A stretch of DNA of 64,000 nt from Clostridia bacterium (GTDB taxonomy: Bacteria > Bacillota > Peptococcia > DRI-13 > SM3-B62), in the NCBI GenBank assembly GCA_018432615.1, contig JAHDSQ010000006.1:18432-82431 (forward strand), given 5' to 3'. Both the position numbers and the translations under genes were made by a program. Position 1 is the first letter of the stretch; each line of letters starts with the position of its first letter. Below are positions 54,154-63,678 of the stretch, piece after piece. The notes under the pieces were generated by a model. That model worked only from the letters and a program-made list of their open reading frames with translations. It was not told where the DNA came from and did not search any database.

Positions 54154-55611
54154 GTGATGATGTTAAAGAATAAAAAGTGGAGTAAAGAAGAGTTCTTCCG
54201 AGTGAGGGAAGATGTCTTGCGGCAGTGGGAGACCGGTCGTGAGATCGATTGGGATGAGGCCGCCGCTTATCTGAAGAATGTACCGGAGGGTCAAAATTTT
54301 TGTGTAAAACTTGCCGCAGCAAAGACCGAGGGACGAACCTTAGTTCAACCCCGGGCAGGTGTTGCTCTGCTTGAAGAGCATATTGAATTGCTTAAGTATT
54401 TACAAGACGAGGGAGGAGCGGATTTGCTACCTTCCACTATAGACAGCTATACCCGACAGAATCGTTATCATGAGTGCCAGGTGGGCATAGAGGAAAGTAT
54501 AAAGGCCGGACATTCGATGTTAAACGGTTTTCCCGCCGTGAATTATGGGGTGAAGGGCTGCAGGAAGGTCTTGGAGGCTTTGCACTTGCCCTTGCAGGCA
54601 CGGCATGGAACGCCCGATGCCCGGCTTTTGACGGAAATCGTCTTTGCGTCGGGTTGGACGTCTAATGAGGGCGGAGGCATTTCATACAACATTCCTTATG
54701 CCAAAAGTGTCAGCCTGGAAAAATCTATTTATGACTGGCAGTATTGTGACAGGCTGGTGGGGCATTATGAGGAAATGGGCATACATATCAACAGGGAACC
54801 CTTCGGGCCTTTGACGGGGACTTTGGTAGTTCCCTGCATTTCTAATGCCGTGGCCATCATTGAGGGCTTGTTAGCAGCGGAACAGGGTGTCAAAAACATC
54901 ACCCTGGGTTACGGTCAGTGCGGAAACCTTGTGCAGGATGTAGCTGCGATGAGAGCGCTGGAGGAACTAGCGGGGGAATACTTTGCTTCCGGCGGTTATG
55001 AGATTGAGTTAAGTACCGTCTTTCACCAGTGGATGGGGGGCTTCCCGGAGGACGAAGCAAAAGCCTTTGCCGTTATTGCCTGGGGCACGGTTGCAGCGGG
55101 ATATGCTAAGGCCACTAAGGTCATTGTTAAGACGCCTCATGAGGCTTATGGGATTCCGACAAAGGAAGCCAATGCTCAGGGTCTTAAAGATAGCAAACAA
55201 ATCCTCAATCTGCTTTGCGATCAGCAGAGTCTTGCCACAAAAGAAGTTGAGACGGAAAAAGAACATATCAAAAACCAAACCCGTTGTATTATCAATAAAG
55301 TTCTTGAACTGGGGGAAGGCGATCTGGCTATAGGTGTTGTCAGGGCTTTTGCCGCCGGTGTGCTGGATATCCCCTTTGCCCCAAGCCAGTTTAATCTAGG
55401 AAAGGTCTTACCGGTCCGGGATAATCTCGGGGCCGTGAGGATTTTGGAATACGGCAATCTTCCCGGTACAAAAGAAGCAAGGGAATACGAAAACAGTTTG
55501 TTGCAGGAACGAGCTTGCTATGAAAAAAGACCCTTGTCCTTTGACATGGTTGTTGACGATATTTATGCGGTGTCCAAGGGAACTTTAATAGGCAGGCCGG
55601 GGAGGAGATAA
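54154..55611 (+). CDS. glmE: Glutamate mutase large subunit E
   Basis: 485 aa, a TIM-barrel epsilon subunit ([10 protein letters not shown] ... [12 protein letters not shown] ...). It is colinear with GlmE. Confidence 0.92.
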   Translation: MMMLKNKKWSKEEFFRVREDVLRQWETGREIDWDEAAAYLKNVPEGQNFCVKLAAAKTEGRTLVQPRAGVALLEEHIELLKYLQDEGGADLLPSTIDSYTRQNRYHECQVGIEESIKAGHSMLNGFPAVNYGVKGCRKVLEALHLPLQARHGTPDARLLTEIVFASGWTSNEGGGISYNIPYAKSVSLEKSIYDWQYCDRLVGHYEEMGIHINREPFGPLTGTLVVPCISNAVAIIEGLLAAEQGVKNITLGYGQCGNLVQDVAAMRALEELAGEYFASGGYEIELSTVFHQWMGGFPEDEAKAFAVIAWGTVAAGYAKATKVIVKTPHEAYGIPTKEANAQGLKDSKQILNLLCDQQSLATKEVETEKEHIKNQTRCIINKVLELGEGDLAIGVVRAFAAGVLDIPFAPSQFNLGKVLPVRDNLGAVRILEYGNLPGTKEAREYENSLLQERACYEKRPLSFDMVVDDIYAVSKGTLIGRPGRR

Positions 55612-55615
55612 AGGG

Positions 55616-56860
55616 ATGAAGATTGTAGATGTTGTGTGTTCTGAGGGTGTGACGGGATTTTTCTTTGATGATCAGCGTGCTATTAAAAAGGGAGCCGTTC
55701 ATGACGGCTTTGCATATATTGGAGAACCGGTAACAGAAGGCTTTAAGGAAATCAGACAGGCCGGAGAATCCATTTCTGTGATGCTTTTACTGGAAGACGG
55801 TCAGGTGGCTTACGGTGATTGCGCGGCGGTACAATATTCAGGAGCGGGAGGAAGGGATTCGCTTTTTTTGGCACAGGAGTTTATTCCCTTGCTTGAAAAA
55901 AGAATAAAACCTCTGCTTCTCGGAAAGGAATTGACCGGGTTCAAAGAAATGGCAGAATGGCTGGACAGATATGAACTCGACGGCAAAAGACTGCATACAG
56001 CCCTCCGTTACGGTCTGACACAGGCTTTGCTTGATGGGGCGGCCAAGGTCAAGAAAAAAACCATGGCGGAGGTCATTCAAGAGGAGTACGGTATTGAGTC
56101 ATCAATGAGAAGGATACCTGTTTTTACACAGTCCGGTGATGATCGGCATGGTAATGTGGATAAAATGATAATTAAGAAAGCGGATGTGCTTCCCCATGGG
56201 TTGATTAATAATATTGACGAAAAGCTGGGCAGGCAGGGCGAGATTTTAAAAGAGTATGTCAAGTGGTTGAAAAACAGGATCTTGAAATTTCGTATCGACG
56301 AGGGTTATCGCCCGGTGCTGCACATCGATGTTTACGGGACGATAGGTTTGATCTTCGATAACGATCCGGAAAGAATAGCGAATTATCTTTGCGAACTGGA
56401 TAAAGTTGCCGCTCCGTTTTCTTTGAGGATTGAGGGGCCTGTAGATGTTGAAAACAGGGAGGGTCAAGTGCGGGCTCTCAAGGATCTACGAAATGTCATC
56501 AGGCAAAAGGGCGGCAAGGTGGAAATTGTTGCAGACGAATGGTGCAATACACTGGAGGATATTAGGCTGTTTGTTGATGAACAGGCTGCGGACATGGTCC
56601 AGATCAAGACACCCGATCTGGGCGGGGTCAACAACATCGTGGAAGCGATTCTTTATTGCAAAAATCAGGGCATCGGTGCGTACTGCGGCGGGACATGCAA
56701 TGAAACCGACAGATCAGCTCAGATTTGCACTAATATCGCCATAGCTTGTGGGGCCGATCAGTGTTTAGCCAAACCGGGAATGGGTGTCGATGAGGGCTTT
56801 ATGATCGTTAAGAATGAGATGAATAGGGTTTTGGCTCTGGTTGCCGCAAGAAAAAAATGA
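55616..56860 (+). CDS. mal: 3-methylaspartate ammonia-lyase (beta-methylaspartase)
   Basis: It is nearly colinear with the C. tetanomorphum enzyme as I recall it: MKIVDV.C..G.TGF.FDDQRAIKKGA ... CAAVQYSGAGGRD ... QIKTPDLGGVNNI ... AYCGGTCNET.RSA ... KPGMGVDEG.MIVKNEMNRVLALV. Confidence 0.95.
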   Translation: MKIVDVVCSEGVTGFFFDDQRAIKKGAVHDGFAYIGEPVTEGFKEIRQAGESISVMLLLEDGQVAYGDCAAVQYSGAGGRDSLFLAQEFIPLLEKRIKPLLLGKELTGFKEMAEWLDRYELDGKRLHTALRYGLTQALLDGAAKVKKKTMAEVIQEEYGIESSMRRIPVFTQSGDDRHGNVDKMIIKKADVLPHGLINNIDEKLGRQGEILKEYVKWLKNRILKFRIDEGYRPVLHIDVYGTIGLIFDNDPERIANYLCELDKVAAPFSLRIEGPVDVENREGQVRALKDLRNVIRQKGGKVEIVADEWCNTLEDIRLFVDEQAADMVQIKTPDLGGVNNIVEAILYCKNQGIGAYCGGTCNETDRSAQICTNIAIACGADQCLAKPGMGVDEGFMIVKNEMNRVLALVAARKK

Positions 56861-56879
56861 AATAGGCAGGTGAATACCG

Positions 56880-57149
56880 ATGAGGATCACTAAAAGCAGT
56901 GAAGCAGGCAAACAGGAAGCGAACGATATTTTTATTTGGCTTGAACCCAATGAAAAAGAAGAAATCGAGATAAAGCTGGAAAGCGTTGTCAAGCTTCAAT
57001 TCGGCAAGCAGATCGAGAAGGTAATCAGAGAGACCCTTGCCAAACTTGGTGTTACTAGTGCTTCGGTTACTGCCTGGGACGGCGGTGCCCTTGATTATGC
57101 CATCAGAGCCAGGGTTGAGACTGCCGTTAGGCGCGCGGGGGAGGTGTAG
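56880..57149 (+). CDS. citD: Citrate/citramalate lyase acyl carrier (gamma) subunit homologue, with Ala at the Ser14 position
   Basis: 89 aa. It contains EAGKQEANDIFIWLEP ... QFGKQIEKVIRETL ... DGGALDYAIRARVE. This aligns with E. coli CitD (VAGTLESGDVMIRIAP ... DKGALDCILRARLE). Confidence 0.85.
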   Translation: MRITKSSEAGKQEANDIFIWLEPNEKEEIEIKLESVVKLQFGKQIEKVIRETLAKLGVTSASVTAWDGGALDYAIRARVETAVRRAGEV

Positions 57150-57152
57150 GAT

Positions 57153-58031
57153 ATGAGTGATTTGAGAAGGAGTATGCTTTTTGTTCCGGGTTTTAGGCCG
57201 GGAATGTTGCAGAATTCCTCTATTTACGGAGCGGACAGCATCATTTTCGACCTAGAGGACAGCGTGGCCGTCACTGAGAAGGATGCGGCGAGGGTTTTGG
57301 TACGCAATATTTTGCAGGAGCTGGACTTTTCCGGGATAGAGATGGTGGTGAGGATAAATCCCGTTACAGACAGCCCGTTTGGAGAAGAGGACGTGGCGGA
57401 AATAGCCGGGGTCAGGCCGGATGCATTCATGCTGCCGAAGGCAGATGAGGAAGGCATTAGGGTATTGGCCGACATGCTGGATGAGATTGAGCAAAAAGAA
57501 GGGTTTGAGCAGGAATCGATAAAAATATTTGCCCTTGTTGAATCGACCTCTGCAGTGCTCAACCTCTGTTCCATAGCTAAGGCCTCGACAAGGCTGGCCG
57601 GGATTATGCTGGGGGCGGAAGATTTGACTGCGGAGCTGGGGATAAAAAGAACGCTGCAAGGAAACGAGCTTTTATACGCACGGAGTCATCTGGCTATGGT
57701 GTGCAAATCAGCAGGGATCGATGCCATCGACACCCCCTTCGGCGATGTAGAGGACCGGGAGGGCTTGGAGTATGATGCAAGTCAAGCCAAGTCTTTAGGG
57801 CTGACCGGCAAAGCTGCCATACATCCCCGGCAGGTGGGAACGATTAATCGACTCTTTTCTCCCTCCCCGGAGGAGGTCATCTATGCAGGAAAAGTCGTAG
57901 CGGCAGTCAGGGAAGCCGAGAAGGAAGGCAAAGGTGTATTGGCCTTAGACGGCAAGATGGTAGATGCTCCTGTGGCGGCAAGGGCCGAAAAAGTGTTGAA
58001 GCAGGCGAAACTGGCGGGAATAGAAGTTTAG
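57153..58031 (+). CDS. citE: Citryl/citramalyl-CoA lyase beta subunit (CitE family)
   Basis: It contains LRRSMLFVPG ... IIFDLEDSV ... ESTSAVLN ... GAEDL, the HpcH/CitE signature. Confidence 0.9.
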   Translation: MSDLRRSMLFVPGFRPGMLQNSSIYGADSIIFDLEDSVAVTEKDAARVLVRNILQELDFSGIEMVVRINPVTDSPFGEEDVAEIAGVRPDAFMLPKADEEGIRVLADMLDEIEQKEGFEQESIKIFALVESTSAVLNLCSIAKASTRLAGIMLGAEDLTAELGIKRTLQGNELLYARSHLAMVCKSAGIDAIDTPFGDVEDREGLEYDASQAKSLGLTGKAAIHPRQVGTINRLFSPSPEEVIYAGKVVAAVREAEKEGKGVLALDGKMVDAPVAARAEKVLKQAKLAGIEV

Positions 58032-58044
58032 GAGATGAGAGAGA

Positions 58045-59580
58045 ATGAGGAATGTTTTAGGCAGGGAATTGCCCGAACGCATTGCAGGATATGGCGAGGT
58101 GCGTCCGTTTGCGGGTGCTTTTGCCCACGCAGGTGAAATAAACCGGAAGGCGGTAAAAGTCAAAGGTGATTGGTCTTCACCAAACAAGGTTCTCAACAGT
58201 TTGGGAGAAGCTTTGGAGAAATGTGGTCTTAAAGACGGTATGACCGTTTCCTTCCATCATCATTTGAGGAACGGGGATTATGTTTTGAATATGGTTTTGG
58301 ATGAGATTGCAAGGCAGGGCATTAAGGATATTAAGGTCGCGGCTAGTTCGATTTTTCCCATTCATCAACCCTTGGTAAGGCACATGGAAAATGGTGTGGT
58401 GACAGGACTTTATGCGGGATATATCTCAGGACCCGTCGGAGAAGCGGTTTCCCAGGGTGTATTAAAAAATCCTGTTGTAATGCAAACCCACGGGGGGAGA
58501 GCCAGAGCGATAGAGTCGGGAGAACTGCATATTGACGTGGCCTTTATCGCCGCACCGACTTGCGATGAATACGGTAATATGAACGGACTGGAAGGACCCA
58601 GTGCGTGCGGTGTGTTGACGTATCCGGCTGCCGATGCGGAATACGCCGACAAGGTTATTGCCGTTACCGATAACCTTGTTTTGTATCCTGCTTGTCCTAT
58701 TGAAATCACCCAGGAGCAGGTTGACTATGTCGTGGAGGTGGACTCGATTGGTGACTCCGCAGGGATCGTTTCGGGAACGACGAGAATTACTAGCGATCCG
58801 GCGGGGTTGAAGATTGCCGAGTCGGCCGCACAGGTCATTAAGGCCTCTGGACTTTTAATGGACGGTTTTTCATTTCAGACCGGGGCTGGGGGAACTTCCC
58901 TGGCGGTTGCGGCTTACGTGAAGGAAATGATGAAGGAGAAGAACATTCAGGGTAGTTTCGCCGCAGGCGGGATTACGGAATATATGGTGGAAATGCTGGA
59001 GGAAGGCTTTTTCCGCACCTTGTTCGATGGTCAATGCTTTGACTTGAAGGCTGTTGAATCTCTGCGCAAGAACAAAAACCACCAGCGCATGAGCATGTCT
59101 ATGTACGGTAATCCCTGCAACAAGGGAGCAGTTGTTAATAAGCTTGATGTGATGATCTTGGGTGCAACAGAGGTCGATCTGGATTTTAACGTAAATGTAA
59201 CAACCAATTCCAATGGTCTTTTGATGGGCGGTTCAGGAGGTCACAGCGATACGGCGGCCGGAGCAACGCTGGCGGTTGTCGTTACAAAATTGATCAGAAA
59301 GAGATTCCCCATTGTTGTTGACAGCGTTACGACCGTAACCACGCCGGGTGAAACAGTGGATGTGCTGGTGACCGAAAGGGGTATTGCCGTTAATCCTTTA
59401 CGGCAGGATGTATTGGAAAAGGTGAAAAAAGCCGGTTTGCCTGTCAAGACCATCGAGGAGCTGAAAGAGATAGCCGAGAAGTTGACCGGGGTGCCTGAAA
59501 AGGTGGAGTTCAAAGACAAGGTTGTAGCGGTCATCGAATACCGGGACGGAACTGTGATCGACGTGGTTAGGCAGCTTTGA
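58045..59580 (+). CDS. citF: Citrate-lyase alpha subunit-type acyl-ACP/CoA transferase (CitF family)
   Basis: 511 aa and colinear with CitF (SFHHHLRNGD ... FQTGAGG ... GGSGGHSDTAAGA). Confidence 0.88.
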   Translation: MRNVLGRELPERIAGYGEVRPFAGAFAHAGEINRKAVKVKGDWSSPNKVLNSLGEALEKCGLKDGMTVSFHHHLRNGDYVLNMVLDEIARQGIKDIKVAASSIFPIHQPLVRHMENGVVTGLYAGYISGPVGEAVSQGVLKNPVVMQTHGGRARAIESGELHIDVAFIAAPTCDEYGNMNGLEGPSACGVLTYPAADAEYADKVIAVTDNLVLYPACPIEITQEQVDYVVEVDSIGDSAGIVSGTTRITSDPAGLKIAESAAQVIKASGLLMDGFSFQTGAGGTSLAVAAYVKEMMKEKNIQGSFAAGGITEYMVEMLEEGFFRTLFDGQCFDLKAVESLRKNKNHQRMSMSMYGNPCNKGAVVNKLDVMILGATEVDLDFNVNVTTNSNGLLMGGSGGHSDTAAGATLAVVVTKLIRKRFPIVVDSVTTVTTPGETVDVLVTERGIAVNPLRQDVLEKVKKAGLPVKTIEELKEIAEKLTGVPEKVEFKDKVVAVIEYRDGTVIDVVRQL

Positions 59581-59597
59581 ATGAGGTGGGATGAAGA

Positions 59598-60446
59598 GTG
59601 ATACGCGAAATTAAGGCAGAAAAAATCAAGGATACCGTAAAAAGACTTTTGCTGCAGGCAAATTATGAAATAGGGACGGATGTGTTAAGAGAGCTTGGGC
59701 TCAGTCTTAAAAGGGAGGAGTCGGCAACAGGAAAGTCTGTGCTGCAACAGATCATTGATAACCACCGGATAGCCCGGCAGGACAGGATAGCCATGTGCCA
59801 GGATACGGGGATGGTGGTCCTTTTTGTCAGTCTGGGGCAGGAGGCGATTATTACCGGGGGCGATTTCACCGAGGCCGTAAATCAGGGGGTGAAAGAGGCC
59901 TATACCGAAGGATACCTGCGGAAGTCGGTAGTCGAAGACCCTTTGTTCGGACGGAAGAATACCGGTGATAATACGCCGGCCGTTATCCATTTGGAGCTTG
60001 TACCCGGAGATAGGATAAAGATTCAGGTGATGGCGAAGGGGTTTGGCAGCGAAAACATGAGCCGAGGGAAGATGCTTTTGCCTTCTGCCGGTGTGCAAGG
60101 GGTGACGGACTTTGTTATAGAAACGGTTCAAAAAGCCGGTCCGAATCCTTGTCCTCCGCTCGTTATAGGGGTGGGTATCGGGGGAACGCTGGATATGGCG
60201 GCCCGGCTTGCGAAAATCTCCTTGTTGAGAGAAATCGGCTGTCCTAACGGTGATATACATTATGCCGCATTGGAGAAGGAATTGAAGGAGAGGGTAAATG
60301 AACTGGGAATAGGACCTGCTGGGCTGGGGGGAAGGATAACCGCTTTGGCGGTCAATGTTGAATACTATCCCACTCATATTGCCGGATTGCCTGTAGTCGT
60401 CAATATAAACTGTCATGCCGCAAGGCATGCCGCAGCGGAGATCTGA
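59598..60446 (+). CDS. Class I Fe-S hydro-lyase alpha subunit (fumarate/tartrate hydratase type); probable mesaconase
   Basis: GTG start. It contains CQDTGMVV ... GFGSENMS ... CPP..IGVGIGGT, the class I fumarase N-terminal domain pattern. It sits in the glutamate fermentation operon. Confidence 0.85.
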   Translation: MIREIKAEKIKDTVKRLLLQANYEIGTDVLRELGLSLKREESATGKSVLQQIIDNHRIARQDRIAMCQDTGMVVLFVSLGQEAIITGGDFTEAVNQGVKEAYTEGYLRKSVVEDPLFGRKNTGDNTPAVIHLELVPGDRIKIQVMAKGFGSENMSRGKMLLPSAGVQGVTDFVIETVQKAGPNPCPPLVIGVGIGGTLDMAARLAKISLLREIGCPNGDIHYAALEKELKERVNELGIGPAGLGGRITALAVNVEYYPTHIAGLPVVVNINCHAARHAAAEI

Positions 60447-60457
60447 GGAGGGAAAAG

Positions 60458-61024
60458 ATGGATAAGACCAAGAGGATCCAAACGCCTCTCACTGTTCAAC
60501 AAGCAGTAGGATTGAAGGTAGGGGATAATGTTCTTATCAGCGGAGTGATTTATACGGCCCGTGATGCTGCCCATAGAAGGCTGGCGGAATTGTTAAAGGA
60601 GGGGAAACCGCTTCCCATTGAGTTAGAGGATCAGGTCCTGTATTATGTGGGTCCGGCTCCGGCCCCTCCCGGACATGCTTGCGGAGCAGCCGGCCCCACG
60701 ACGAGTACGCGCATGGATATTTACACTCCGCCGCTGATCGAAAAAGGGCTGAGGGGAATGATCGGGAAAGGATTACGTTCCCAGGCTGTTATTGAAGCGA
60801 TGAAAAAGCACGGCGCCGTATATTTTGCCGCTACAGGCGGAGCGGCAGCCCTTATTTCTAAGAGTATAAAGAAGGTCGAGGTTGTTGCCTACGAGGACTT
60901 GGGAACAGAAGCAATTCACAGGATGTATGTTGAGGATTTTCCGTGTATTGTGGTAATAGATAGTTATGGCAATAATCTTTATGAGAGCGGGCCGCAGAGG
61001 TACAGAACTTGTAAAACCTTATAG
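60458..61024 (+). CDS. Class I Fe-S hydro-lyase beta subunit; probable mesaconase
   Basis: It contains GDNVLISGVIYTARDAAHRRL ... GPTTSTRMD ... GAVYFAATGGAAAL, the fumarase C-terminal domain. Confidence 0.85.
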   Translation: MDKTKRIQTPLTVQQAVGLKVGDNVLISGVIYTARDAAHRRLAELLKEGKPLPIELEDQVLYYVGPAPAPPGHACGAAGPTTSTRMDIYTPPLIEKGLRGMIGKGLRSQAVIEAMKKHGAVYFAATGGAAALISKSIKKVEVVAYEDLGTEAIHRMYVEDFPCIVVIDSYGNNLYESGPQRYRTCKTL

Positions 61025-61052
61025 TTATTGTGTATTCGATAGTGTTAAAAAA

Positions 61053-61080
61053 AGCCGCCTTGTCGGAAAGGCGGCTTTTG
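61053..61080 (+). terminator. Terminator 1 after the glutamate fermentation operon
   Basis: The stem AGCCGCCT / AGGCGGCT with an 8-nt loop is followed by TTTTG. Confidence 0.75.
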
Positions 61081-61096
61081 TGCTGCTAAAAAAAAG

Positions 61097-61124
61097 AAGG
61101 TTCAGGGAAAACCCTGAACCTTTT
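61097..61124 (+). terminator. Terminator 2 (tandem)
   Basis: A perfect 11-bp stem (AAGGTTCAGGG / CCCTGAACCTT) with loop AAAA is flanked by A8 and TT. Confidence 0.7.
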
Positions 61125-61310
61125 AGAGTGGAGGAGATAAGAGGAGTTGTTCACTAAAAAGTATGTCCAGTGCCTGATGTTTCTATACCGAAAAGCCAAT
61201 TTATTTTTTGTTTTTAGTGAGTTATAGGTGTAGTAGTGATAAAATAGTAGTGTTATAGTAGCAAAATTATTGGATTAGCGTTTAATGGGAATCAGCAAGG
61301 AGGACTATTT

Positions 61311-63659
61311 GTGGGTTTGACAAAGTATTCGACAGAGCATTATTGGAAATTAAGAGAAAGAATAAGGGAAAGGCTGTTTAGCCATTTAAACCCGGCACAG
61401 CTTGAAGCGGTAAAAACGGGAAAAGGACCGGTCCTGTGTTTGGCGGGAGCAGGCTCCGGCAAAACGATGGCTATGGTCAACCGTATTTTGCATCTTTATC
61501 TTTTCGGAGCGGAGTATCAGGCGCAGCTTAAACCGCCGTTTGATTTGACTGATGATGATATAGAGATGATGGAAGCGTGGCTGCAGGATGTAAAGGAAGG
61601 ACAAATGACCTGTTTGCCCCGGCGTATAGTGGAATTATTTAGCCGTAACGGTGTTGAACCTCGCAGGATACTGGCTATAACCTTTACCAATAAGGCAGCT
61701 GAGGAAATGAAGAATAGGTTGGAACAGCTGCTAGGAGAGACCATGCATGGGATGTGGGTAATGACCTTCCATGCCGCCTGCTTGCGTATTCTGCGTCGGG
61801 AGATTACTGCGCTGGATTATGGTAAAGATTTTTCCATCTACGATGCCGCCGATCAATTGCAGGTGGTAAGGAATATTGTTAAAGAAATGGATCTTGATGA
61901 GAAAAGGTATTCTCCGCGGATGTTTTTAAGCATTATCAGCCGCTTCAAATGTGAACTCAAGAACACAGAGAAAGCCGCCAGGGAAGCACAGGGCGACTAC
62001 ATTATGGAAAAAGCGGCCTTGATATATGAAGAATATTGTAGGAGACTGAAGCAGAATAACGCCATGGATTTTGATGATTTACTCATGAAAACCGTCTTGC
62101 TTCTTCAAAATAATTCTGAGATCCTGGCAAAGTATCAGGAACGTTTTCATTACATTCTTGTGGACGAGTATCAGGATACGAACCACGTACAGTATACCCT
62201 GGTCAAACTTTTAGCTGCAAAGTATCAGAATCTTTGTGTGGTGGGAGACGATGACCAGTCCATTTATGCCTTCCGTCAGGCGGATATTCGCAACATCCTT
62301 GATTTCGAGCGTGATTATCCTCAAGCTAAGGTAATTAAGCTGGAACAGAATTACCGTTCTACCGGCTGCATACTAAAAGCGGCCAATGAGGTAATCAGTT
62401 GCAATAAGGCAAGAAAAGCCAAAGCACTCTGGACCGAGAAGGGTCAGGGTGAGCTGTTGACGATATATGAAGCGAATGATGAGCACGATGAGGCCAGGTT
62501 CGTTTGCGAAAGGATTACTGCCCTGCTTGATGAAGGGGAGAATTATCGGGACTGTGCTGTTTTAATGAGGACGAATGCTCAATCCAGGGTGTTGGAAGAA
62601 TGGTTTATGAAGCGGGGTCTGCCCTATGTCATAGTGGGAGGTCACAAGTTTTATGAACGTATGGAAATCAAGGACATCATGGCTTATCTCAGGGTTTTGG
62701 CTAATCCTCAAGAAAGCGTCGGCTTAAGGCGGATTATCAATGTGCCGCGCCGCGGCATAGGTGAAGCCACGCTGCAGAGGGTTGAAGAATATGGTGCAGC
62801 CAAGGGCTTAGTACTGTTTGAAGCCCTGCAGCGATACGAAGAGATTGGACTCAGCACCAGAGCCGCCAAGGGCATTATAGGCTTTCTGGAGCTGATGGAA
62901 AGGTTTAGAGAGGCTGTTGGGAAAATGACGGTGACGGGATTGACGGAAAAAATTCTGTCGGAGACCGGTTACGTTGAATCCTTAAGAACTGAAAAGGGAA
63001 CCGACTCCCAGAGTCGTTTGGAGAACCTGCAGGAGTTTTTAAGTGTTACCAGGGAGTATGATGAGCAGGCCGAAGAGCCGACCTTACAGGAATTTTTAGG
63101 CAGAACCTCTCTGGTGACCGAACTCGATGGTTATGAAGACGAGGCTAATGCCGTAGTGATGATGACCATGCACATGGCAAAGGGGCTTGAGTTCCCGAAC
63201 GTATTTATAGTCGGTATGGAGGAGGGAGTTTTTCCTCATGCCCGAAGCCTTTTGGAAGAAAAGGAACTGGAGGAGGAGCGTAGGTTGTGCTATGTTGCAC
63301 TGACCAGGGCCAAGGAAAGGGTCTTCCTCGTTCATGCCCGTCAGCGCAATCTTTACGGTAGGATGAACCACAGCGGGCCCTCCCGTTTTTTGGAGGAAAT
63401 ACCAGAGGATTTATGGAAAGAATATATGGCAAAAGATGATTTTTTTAAAACGACAATGTCAGCTTCCGGCCGAATTGGAGCGAACGGCGGAAATAGTGTT
63501 TTGTTTTCGGTCGGGGATAAGGTGGAGCATAAAAAATGGGGGCAGGGTGTGGTAGTGAGCATCAAGGGCGAAGGCACGGATGTTGAGTTGAAGATAGCCT
63601 TTCCCTCCCAGGGGATCAAGAAGCTTCTAACAAAGTATGCTCCATTGAAGAAGATTTAG
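61311..63659 (+). CDS. pcrA: ATP-dependent DNA helicase PcrA (UvrD/Rep family)
   Basis: GTG start after an AAGGAGG SD. It contains LNPAQLEAV ... CLAGAGSGKT ... ITFTNKAA ... ILVDEYQDTN ... VVGDDDQSIYAFR ... LEQNYRST ... TMHMAKGLEF ... YVALTRAKE. Confidence 0.95.
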   Translation: MGLTKYSTEHYWKLRERIRERLFSHLNPAQLEAVKTGKGPVLCLAGAGSGKTMAMVNRILHLYLFGAEYQAQLKPPFDLTDDDIEMMEAWLQDVKEGQMTCLPRRIVELFSRNGVEPRRILAITFTNKAAEEMKNRLEQLLGETMHGMWVMTFHAACLRILRREITALDYGKDFSIYDAADQLQVVRNIVKEMDLDEKRYSPRMFLSIISRFKCELKNTEKAAREAQGDYIMEKAALIYEEYCRRLKQNNAMDFDDLLMKTVLLLQNNSEILAKYQERFHYILVDEYQDTNHVQYTLVKLLAAKYQNLCVVGDDDQSIYAFRQADIRNILDFERDYPQAKVIKLEQNYRSTGCILKAANEVISCNKARKAKALWTEKGQGELLTIYEANDEHDEARFVCERITALLDEGENYRDCAVLMRTNAQSRVLEEWFMKRGLPYVIVGGHKFYERMEIKDIMAYLRVLANPQESVGLRRIINVPRRGIGEATLQRVEEYGAAKGLVLFEALQRYEEIGLSTRAAKGIIGFLELMERFREAVGKMTVTGLTEKILSETGYVESLRTEKGTDSQSRLENLQEFLSVTREYDEQAEEPTLQEFLGRTSLVTELDGYEDEANAVVMMTMHMAKGLEFPNVFIVGMEEGVFPHARSLLEEKELEEERRLCYVALTRAKERVFLVHARQRNLYGRMNHSGPSRFLEEIPEDLWKEYMAKDDFFKTTMSASGRIGANGGNSVLFSVGDKVEHKKWGQGVVVSIKGEGTDVELKIAFPSQGIKKLLTKYAPLKKI

Positions 63660-63678
63660 GCCAAGAAGGGGGATCTAG

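Noticed and set aside
54474-56744. Short alternative-frame ORFs inside glmE and mal (e.g. 54474..54665, 55067..55333, 56445..56744)
   Set aside because: They are embedded in strongly supported genes. Their Arg-rich translations are typical of off-frame reading.
59685-60428. 247-aa minus-strand ORF
   Set aside because: It is antisense to the Fe-S hydratase alpha subunit. Its Arg/Pro/Gly-rich composition is typical of the antisense frame of a GC-richer gene.
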